64,000 nucleotides of DNA from Bacillota bacterium (GTDB lineage: Bacteria; Bacillota; SHA-98; UBA4971), in NCBI GenBank assembly GCA_024653485.1, contig JANLFY010000001.1, positions 13,517 through 77,516 of the forward strand, written 5' to 3'. The notes under the pieces are model-generated. The model was given only the letters and a program-made list of their open reading frames with translations, searched no databases and was not told the DNA's origin. Both the position numbers and the translations under genes were made by a program. Shown in pieces: positions 57,529 to 64,000 of this stretch. Position 1 is the stretch's first letter. Each line of letters opens with the position of its first letter.

Positions 57529-59015
57529 GCCCGGGACGCGAGAGCGGAATTCACCCGCATGGGTGCACGGTAGGGCGACGCGCGGCGGTGGTCGTCGTGG
57601 CCAACAGCCCCGGGGAGATCTCGGGTTGGGCGAGACCTGTCGTGGCAAGCCTGCGTTCCCTCGAAGCCACGATCGCGCCTGCGTTTGGCGGGCTCGGTGT
57701 GGTAGTGGTCGTGCCGCCGTGTCCGTTCGCGAGCGGGCGGGAGACCGAGGTGGCCGCAGCCATCGAGGGCGTGGACGCCGTTGTGGCTCCATCGGAATAC
57801 CTGAAGTATGCGCTTTTCGGCGTGGTTCCGAAGGGGCTTCGGCCGCTTTCTGGTAGCCCTGGCGTCGTAGTGCACCTCGGGGGCGACCCCATGCATTCAG
57901 CGCTCCTTTCGAGAAGGCTGGGTTATCCGGCGGTGCTCTACACGGACCGCACGGCGGGGTTCGTGGGAAGCTTCGTCCGGTTCTTGGCCGAAGATGCTCG
58001 CGTCGAAGCCAAGCTGCGGAAAAAGGGCGTGCCGGCGGACAAGATCACCATAGTGGGAAACCTCATGATAGACGGCGTGGAAGCTCGCGTGGATCGGGCT
58101 GCTGCGAGGGCAGAGTTGGGAGTTACGGCAGGCGCTCCGCTGGTGTGCCTGATGCCGGGAAGCCGGAGACAGCAGATATCTTGCGCCATGCCGTTCTTCC
58201 TGAGGGTAGCGGAGATCGTGAAGAAGTTCCGGGGTGACGCGCATTTCGTTGCCGTGCTATCGCCCTACGTAGGGCCCAGCATGGTGAGCGCGGCTCTGTC
58301 GGCCTATGCGGCGGGCGCTGCCGCGTCGTCGAGGGCCGACTCGAGGCAGACGCACGTGGAGCAAGGGGACCGGTCTGGCGCGGACCGGTCTGGCGCGCGT
58401 TGGGGTTCTGGACACGGCTGGCGCCCCAGTCGGAGATTGGAAGGGGCTCGTGGCAGGCTCGTGCTGCTTGACAGCGAGCACGATGCGAGCGCCGCGCGCG
58501 CGCCGGAGCCTGCTTACCTGATAGAAACGGACGAAGGCGTGGCCGTGAAGCTCGTGGCCAGACACCGCTACGGGGCAATGGCCGCGGCCGACGTTGCCGT
58601 GGCCATGCCGGGAACTGTCACGGCTGAGCTTGCGTTTCTGGGGGTGCCGACGGTCGTAGCCGTTCCGACGAACATGCCGGAGGAGGTCCCGCTGCCGGGG
58701 TTGCCGGGGCTCCTCGGAGCGATCCCATATGTCGGACGCTATCTGAAGCGTATCGGCGTTCAGAGAGCGCTCGAACGCATCGAGTTTACTGCGATTCCCA
58801 ACAAGCGACAGAGGCGTATGATCACTCCCGAGGTGAGGGGGATCATCGGAGCCCAGGACGTGGCCATCAAGGTTTTGGAGCTATTGCAGGACGCGAAGGC
58901 GCGCGGTAGAATTGCTCTGGAGTTGAGACAGGCGATGGGCCAACCCGGGGCATCCCTCAGGGTGGCCTCTGTGGTCCTCGAGACGCTCATGTCGACGGGA
59001 GGCAAACGCGATTGA
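57525..59015 (+). CDS. GT19 (LpxB)-like glycosyltransferase paralogue with a low-complexity insertion
   Basis: ATGA overlap with the lpxB stop. 'VVVANSPGEISGWARPV', 'CLMPGSRRQQI' and 'AMPGTVTAELAFLGVPTVV...IPNKRQRRMITPEV' parallel LpxB motifs. The ORF-track start at 57162 lies inside lpxB and is rejected. Confidence 0.55.
   Translation: MSPGRESGIHPHGCTVGRRAAVVVVANSPGEISGWARPVVASLRSLEATIAPAFGGLGVVVVVPPCPFASGRETEVAAAIEGVDAVVAPSEYLKYALFGVVPKGLRPLSGSPGVVVHLGGDPMHSALLSRRLGYPAVLYTDRTAGFVGSFVRFLAEDARVEAKLRKKGVPADKITIVGNLMIDGVEARVDRAAARAELGVTAGAPLVCLMPGSRRQQISCAMPFFLRVAEIVKKFRGDAHFVAVLSPYVGPSMVSAALSAYAAGAAASSRADSRQTHVEQGDRSGADRSGARWGSGHGWRPSRRLEGARGRLVLLDSEHDASAARAPEPAYLIETDEGVAVKLVARHRYGAMAAADVAVAMPGTVTAELAFLGVPTVVAVPTNMPEEVPLPGLPGLLGAIPYVGRYLKRIGVQRALERIEFTAIPNKRQRRMITPEVRGIIGAQDVAIKVLELLQDAKARGRIALELRQAMGQPGASLRVASVVLETLMSTGGKRD
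58367..58396 (+). repeat. Perfect 15-bp in-frame tandem duplication (DRSGA-DRSGA)
   Basis: ggaccggtctggcgc at 58367-58381 is repeated at 58382-58396. Confidence 0.95.
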
Positions 59016-59031
59016 AAGAAGGTAGAGGCCG

Positions 59032-60795
59032 TTGAAGCGGGGCGGCCAGGGTCCCCTCAAGAAGCTGATCACGGTGATGCTGCCCTACGCCCACGTCTTT
59101 GCGGGCGGCCTCGTCTGCACGATTTTCGCGGGCCTATCCAATCTCCTCATATACTGGGTTGTCAAGGAGCTCATAGACAGGGTTCTTACAGGGCCCGACG
59201 CGGTGGGACGCGCCGCCATGCTCAACCTCGTCGTGGTCGGGATTCTCGTCTTGTTCATCCTGAAGGGGATCGTGTCGTACGGTCAGGTGTACCTGATGGC
59301 GTTCGTGGGCCACAGAGTCGTCGCCGATCTTCGGGAGAGGATATACGGCCATCTCCAGCGTATGTCCCTCGGTTTCCACGAGAGCAGGCGCAGGGGCGAG
59401 ATGATATCCCGCGTCACCAATGACGTGGCAATAGTCCAGGCGAGCGTGTCTTCGGGCATGGCCGAGCTTTTGTCGCAGCTGGTCATGCTCGTGGGCATCG
59501 CGGGTCTCATGTTCTACCTGGACTGGAAGCTGTCCCTCGTGACGGTGGCGATAATGCCGCTGGTCGCAGCGGTGGTGGGGAAGGCCGGCAACAGACTCCG
59601 CAGGATAACCGGGCTCATACAGAGCACGATCGCAGACGTCACATCGGTTCTCCAGGAGACTCTGGCCGGGATCAGGATAGTCAAGGCCTTCACCATGGAG
59701 GCCCACGAGATGGAGCGGTTCCGTCGCGAGAACGAGGGCAATTTCGCGGCCTCGCTCAAGGGCGCGAGGGTGAACGCAGCCGTTGGGCCCGTGGTCGAGT
59801 TCCTATCCGTGATCGGGCTCGCTGCCGTTCTGTGGTTCGGCGGGCGCCAGGTCATACGCGGCTACCTGACCCTCGGCGAGTTCATGGCGTTCCTTGGCGC
59901 GGTTGGGACGGCCCCGACCCCCCTAGGGCGCCTGTCGGCCACCTACGGAGCGTTTCAGCAGGCGTTGGGTGCCGCCGACCGCATTTTCGATCTGCTTGAC
60001 GAGGAACCAGAGGTGGAAGACGCCCCGGGAGCCGTTGGGCTGCCCTCTACCATATCCGGCAGGGTGGACTTCGAGGACGTACACTTCGCCTATCGTCCTG
60101 ACGAGCCTGTCCTGAACGGCATCAGCTTCACCGTCGTGCCAGGCGAGATCGTGGCGCTGGTGGGGCCGAGCGGCGCCGGAAAGACGACGCTCATCAACCT
60201 GATCCCGAGGTTCTACGACCCGTCGAGCGGGACCGTGCGCATAGATGGCTACGACCTGAGGCGGTTGAGACTGTCGTCGCTCAGGCGTGCCATCGGCTTG
60301 GTGCCGCAGGAAACCGTCTTGTTCAGCGTGAGCGTGGCGGAGAACATCGCCTACGGGAAGCCGGGCGCGAGCGAGAGAGAGATCGTGGAGGCTGCGAAGC
60401 TGGCGAACGCTCACGATTTTGTGATGCGCCTTCCCGACGGGTACGACACTCTCATAGGGGAACGCGGGGTTATGCTGTCCGGCGGGCAGCGTCAGAGGAT
60501 CGCCATTGCCAGGGCCGTTCTGCGCGACCCGCGCATCCTCATCCTGGACGAAGCCACGTCGTCCCTGGATCCCGAGTCGGAGGTGCAGGTGCAGGAGGCG
60601 CTCGCCCGTCTCTTCAGAAACCGGACGACTTTCATCATAGCCCATAGGCTCTCAACGGTTCGAATGGCCAACAGGATCCTGGTGATCGACGGCGGCAGGA
60701 TAGTCGAGTCGGGCACCCACGACGATCTCATGGCGCTGAACGGGCATTACACGAGGCTCGCTTCCGCCAAGTTCTGCGAGGAGCAGGTGATATAG
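59032..60795 (+). CDS. msbA: Lipid A/LPS flippase-type ABC exporter (fused TMD-NBD, MsbA-like)
   Basis: Six N-terminal TMs, Walker A 'GPSGAGKTT', 'LSGGQRQRIAIARA' and 'ILILDEATSSLD'. The MsbA assignment rests on position inside the lpx cluster. Confidence 0.75.
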   Translation: MKRGGQGPLKKLITVMLPYAHVFAGGLVCTIFAGLSNLLIYWVVKELIDRVLTGPDAVGRAAMLNLVVVGILVLFILKGIVSYGQVYLMAFVGHRVVADLRERIYGHLQRMSLGFHESRRRGEMISRVTNDVAIVQASVSSGMAELLSQLVMLVGIAGLMFYLDWKLSLVTVAIMPLVAAVVGKAGNRLRRITGLIQSTIADVTSVLQETLAGIRIVKAFTMEAHEMERFRRENEGNFAASLKGARVNAAVGPVVEFLSVIGLAAVLWFGGRQVIRGYLTLGEFMAFLGAVGTAPTPLGRLSATYGAFQQALGAADRIFDLLDEEPEVEDAPGAVGLPSTISGRVDFEDVHFAYRPDEPVLNGISFTVVPGEIVALVGPSGAGKTTLINLIPRFYDPSSGTVRIDGYDLRRLRLSSLRRAIGLVPQETVLFSVSVAENIAYGKPGASEREIVEAAKLANAHDFVMRLPDGYDTLIGERGVMLSGGQRQRIAIARAVLRDPRILILDEATSSLDPESEVQVQEALARLFRNRTTFIIAHRLSTVRMANRILVIDGGRIVESGTHDDLMALNGHYTRLASAKFCEEQVI

Positions 60796-61009
60796 GCGGG
60801 GCAGCGGCCCAGGCGGAACACCGAGGGTTCCCAAGACCGCGGGCTCTCGCCGCCATTGCTCAAGCTGCCGATTGCCAAAGCCGCTGACGACTGCGGAAAG
60901 GCTTCGGCCGCTCGGGGTGGCCGCGGACCCGTGACACAGCGGTCGGACCAGGCACAGCGGACGGAACGCACAAGCGGAAGACAGGCGCGTCGGGAGGTGG
61001 GGTGGCGCA

Positions 61010-62137
61010 ATGAAGGCCATGGTGATGGCGGCAGGTGTGGGATCCCGCCTCGAGCCCCTGACGGTGAATGTCCCGAAGCCCATGGTTCCAGTGGTCACGA
61101 GACCGGCGATGGAGCACATACTCGCGCTCCTGAGGCGACACGGCGTGAGAGAAGTCGTCGCGAACCTCTGGCACCTTCCGGAATCTATCGAGGCTTACTT
61201 CGGGAATGGAGCGGCTTTCGGAGTGTCGCTCCGTTACTCACGCGAGGAGGAACTTCGCGGAACGGCGGGCGGGGTGCTCGCCGCAAAGAGCCTGCTGTGG
61301 TCGGGTGCAGGAGAGGGCACGTTCCTCCTCGTCGCAGGCGATGCGCTCACGTGCGCCGACCTCAGCCGACTCGTTGAGTTCCATCGCGAGAAGAAGGCGC
61401 TCGTCACAATAGGGCTCAAGCCAGTGCGAGACCCGTCGAGGTTCGGCGTGGTCGTGGCGGATGACGACGGCAGGGTCCTCGAGTTCCAGGAGAAGCCCAA
61501 GCGGGGCGAGGCCAGGAGCAACCTTGCAAACACCATGATCTACGTGTTCGAGCCGGAGATCTTCGACCACATCCCGACGGAAGGCGCACCCGACTTCGGC
61601 AAGGACGTCTTTCCACGCCTTGTGAGAGAGGGAGCCTCGTTCTACGGGCTCGTCTTGGACGAGTATTGGTGCGACATCGGGACCCTCAGCCACTACCGGC
61701 TGGCTCACCGGGACATACTTGCTGGCGCGGTGCACGTCGACATCCCCGGACGCGAAGTGTCACCCGGTGTGTGGATCGGCGAGGGTGCCGAGGTACATAG
61801 GGCCGCCACGCTGCTGGCACCAGTGCTCATTGGGCGAGGGGCGAAGGTGGGTCCCGGCGTTCAGGTCGGCCCCTACAGCGTTATCGGTGACAACTGCGTG
61901 GTGGATGAAGGGGCTCGGATCTATCAGAGTGTTGTCTGGAACAACACCCGTGTGGGCAGGGAGGCTACGCTCAAGGACTGCGTGGTAGGGAGCGAGTGCT
62001 ACCTGGAGCGGGGCGCGTCGCTCGGCGAGGGGGTAGTGCTGAGCGACGAGTGCGTGGTGGAGGAGGGCGGAGTAGTCAAGCGGAACGTGAAGATCGGGCC
62101 GCGGAGAACGGTGAAGAGGAAGGTGGCCGTGTGGTAA
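61010..62137 (+). CDS. NDP-sugar pyrophosphorylase (nucleotidyltransferase plus C-terminal hexapeptide domain)
   Basis: 'MAAGVGSRLEPLTVNVPKPMVPV' and 'GTAGGV', with C-terminal LbH repeats 'VIGDNCVVDEGARIYQSVVWNNTRVG'. The sugar specificity cannot be determined from the sequence. Confidence 0.75.
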   Translation: MKAMVMAAGVGSRLEPLTVNVPKPMVPVVTRPAMEHILALLRRHGVREVVANLWHLPESIEAYFGNGAAFGVSLRYSREEELRGTAGGVLAAKSLLWSGAGEGTFLLVAGDALTCADLSRLVEFHREKKALVTIGLKPVRDPSRFGVVVADDDGRVLEFQEKPKRGEARSNLANTMIYVFEPEIFDHIPTEGAPDFGKDVFPRLVREGASFYGLVLDEYWCDIGTLSHYRLAHRDILAGAVHVDIPGREVSPGVWIGEGAEVHRAATLLAPVLIGRGAKVGPGVQVGPYSVIGDNCVVDEGARIYQSVVWNNTRVGREATLKDCVVGSECYLERGASLGEGVVLSDECVVEEGGVVKRNVKIGPRRTVKRKVAVW

Positions 62138-62865
62138 GGATCAGACGGTCGCCCGGCGGGTGGCACAGGGGGCGCTCCCGGGACTCGGTCCTTGCGGGCG
62201 GCACTCAGGGTGAAACGGGCCCTGTGGGGCGCCGTCGACGCGCGAGCCCTCTCCTCTGGGCAGTGCTTGCAGCGGTGGCCGTGGCCGCGGTTGCGACAGC
62301 GTGGATCTGTCCGCGCGCGGCGAGGCGCGCGACGCCGGGGATGTCGCCGGCACCGTCCGATCATGGATCCGCACAGACACAGGGGAGCGCAGCTCAAGGG
62401 CCTCGACAAGACGCGCACCTCCTTCCCGGTGCGGCGGTGATACTCGAGGGAACGAAACTTGTGGTTCCGCGTCCATCGGGCGAGCCTGACTGGGAGTTCT
62501 CCGCCGGGCGCATCGAGATCTCAGAGGAGCGCCAGCTGGCCAGGCTGAGCGAGGTCGAGGGCGCGAGATATGTCAACGGGGCGGCGCAGACTCACATCCG
62601 GGCCAGGGCCGTGACAGCGGACCTTACGACCGGACGGATCGAGTTCGCGGGTGGTGTCGAGGTAGCGGGCGCAGGAGGAGCGGGGTTTTCCGCTCGCCAG
62701 GCGGCTTGGGACCCTGAGCTCGCGAAGTTCCTCGCGTCAGGAGAGGTTAAGTATGCTGACGGCAGATCCACCATCACCGCCGACGCGATTCAGGTGGACG
62801 CACGTTTGGAAGAGGTTGTCATGAAGGGCAGGGTCAGGTTCAGCACCGTGGTGAGGCACGAATGA
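62131..62865 (+). CDS. Second LptC-like membrane-anchored OstA-fold protein
   Basis: TM 'LLWAVLAAVAVAAVATAWI', then 'WEFSAGRIEISEERQLARLSEVEGARY...ADLTTGRIEFAGGVEV...ADAIQVDARLEEVVMKGRVRF'. The GTG at 62131 overlaps the upstream stop; start uncertain. Confidence 0.45.
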   Translation: MVRIRRSPGGWHRGRSRDSVLAGGTQGETGPVGRRRRASPLLWAVLAAVAVAAVATAWICPRAARRATPGMSPAPSDHGSAQTQGSAAQGPRQDAHLLPGAAVILEGTKLVVPRPSGEPDWEFSAGRIEISEERQLARLSEVEGARYVNGAAQTHIRARAVTADLTTGRIEFAGGVEVAGAGGAGFSARQAAWDPELAKFLASGEVKYADGRSTITADAIQVDARLEEVVMKGRVRFSTVVRHE

Positions 62866-64000
62866 CGACGGTTCTCGTGTTGAGTAACGGGCACGGAGAG
62901 GACGTAATAGGGGCGATGATAGCCAGGGAGGTGCGCGCGCTGCGCCCGTCCCTCGACGTGGTGGGTTTTCCTCTCGTCGGCCTCGGAAAGCCCTACCGCG
63001 ACGCGCACATAAGGATAGCGGGGATCCAGAGAGCCATGCCCAGCGGCGGGTTCGCCAAACACGGGGTGCGTCTCCTGCTCCGGGACATAAGGGCGGGCCT
63101 CATAGGTCACACGGCGAACCAGATCCGGCACCTGCGGGCGTGCGCACGCGGAGCAAGCCTCGCCGTGTGTGTCGGGGACGCATACCCTCTGCTGCTTGCG
63201 GGCCTCTTCGTGAGGCGTCCCATACTGTGTCTTTCCACGGCGAAATCCGAGTACATCCACGGTCACTACGCCGTGGAGACGTGGCTCATGCGCAGGCTGG
63301 CCGGCATGGTCTTGGCCCGGGACGCGAGGACCGCCAAGGCGCTGGCGGCCGTGGGGGTCAGGGCGGACTACGCGGGGAACGTCATGATGGACGGATTCTC
63401 CATCACGGGAGAGAACTTCGGCCTGACGCTAGAGAAGAAGGTCGTGGGGATACTGCCGGGGTCCAGGCAGGAGGCATACCGGAACATGGTCGAGATCCTG
63501 GGTGTCGTGCGGCGCCTCGCGGAAGCGACCGGGAACGGCCTGGATTTCGTGGCAGGCCTCGCGCCAAGCCTCGACTGCACTCTCCTTGGCCAGGCGGTGA
63601 GGGCTGCCGGATGGCGCTTCGTCCCCGGCGGGTCGAAGGACGGCGAGGCTGGGGACGTCGAAGCTGGGATAGTTGGGCGGCTCTTCCCCGTCGAGAGCGA
63701 TGAGCCTTGCGTCATTCTGACACAGGGAAGGTTCGGCGACGTACTCAACGTGAGCAACATCATCATCGGGCTGTCCGGCACAGGGAACGAGCAGGCCGCC
63801 GGCCTGGGCAGGCCGGTGGTGGCGTTTCCTACGGACGGACCGCAGTTCAACGAGAGGTTCGCCCGAGCGCAGAAGCGACTCCTTGGCGACGCGTTGGTCC
63901 TCGTTGAAGAGGGCGGGCCGGAGGCAGTTGCCCGCGAAGTCCTATCGATATTGGGGGACTCCGCGCGAGTCTCGAGGATGCGTCGCGCAGGCTACGAGAG
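62862..64000 (+). CDS. Lipid-A-disaccharide-synthase-related (GT19-like) protein, 3' end outside window
   Basis: Not in the ORF track because it has no stop in the window. I read it by hand from the ATG at 62862 (ATGA overlap with the upstream stop) and found no in-frame stop through 64000. Motifs seen: 'VLVLSNGHGEDVIGAMIA', 'GILPGSRQEAY' and 'IIIGLSGTGNEQAAGLGRPVVAFP'. Confidence 0.55.
   Translation, partial: MTTVLVLSNGHGEDVIGAMIAREVRALRPSLDVVGFPLVGLGKPYRDAHIRIAGIQRAMPSGGFAKHGVRLLLRDIRAGLIGHTANQIRHLRACARGASLAVCVGDAYPLLLAGLFVRRPILCLSTAKSEYIHGHYAVETWLMRRLAGMVLARDARTAKALAAVGVRADYAGNVMMDGFSITGENFGLTLEKKVVGILPGSRQEAYRNMVEILGVVRRLAEATGNGLDFVAGLAPSLDCTLLGQAVRAAGWRFVPGGSKDGEAGDVEAGIVGRLFPVESDEPCVILTQGRFGDVLNVSNIIIGLSGTGNEQAAGLGRPVVAFPTDGPQFNERFARAQKRLLGDALVLVEEGGPEAVAREVLSILGDSARVSRMRRAGYE

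Overview
This is a GC-rich bacterial chromosomal segment. Every convincing gene lies on the + strand; the many long minus-strand ORFs look like antisense artefacts of high GC. Positions 1-24.7 kb carry a Firmicutes-type housekeeping and sporulation backbone: CsgG-like (partial), guaB, a DUF4384/PEGA protein, asnS, an FAD protein, an ABC-2 exporter, rpmE-tdk-DUF1385-prfA-prmC-tsaC/sua5-ywlE-rpiB-upp-dCMP deaminase, tagO/wecA-wecB, and murA-spoIID-M23 (spoIIQ position)-spoIIID-mreB/mbl. Positions 25-64 kb form an outer-membrane (OM) biogenesis supercluster. In order it holds a phosphodiester glycosidase, an S55 (SpoIVB-type) peptidase, a 2515-aa TamB, bamA (3 POTRA), skp, a 560-aa coiled-coil Skp-like protein, lpxD, two small beta-barrels, lptF/G, lptD, lptC and lptA. 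Next come an 889-aa FtsX-like membrane protein translationally coupled to an FtsE-like ATPase, then lpxC-fabZ-lpxA-lpxI-lpxB, a GT19 paralogue, msbA, an NDP-sugar pyrophosphorylase, a second LptC-like protein and a GT19-related protein that runs off the window. Sporulation genes next to LPS/Bam/Lpt genes suggest a spore-forming diderm Firmicute (Limnochordia-like given the GC content); this is inference only. I recognised no rRNA, tRNA, CRISPR array, transposase or prophage gene. The best candidate for something undescribed is the FtsX-like/ATPase pair sitting where lptB is normally found. After it come the repeat-expanded TamB, the elongated Skp-like protein, and a promoter/small-ORF/terminator mini-unit upstream of the ABC-2 exporter. 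All family calls rest on motif recognition by eye; no searches were run.
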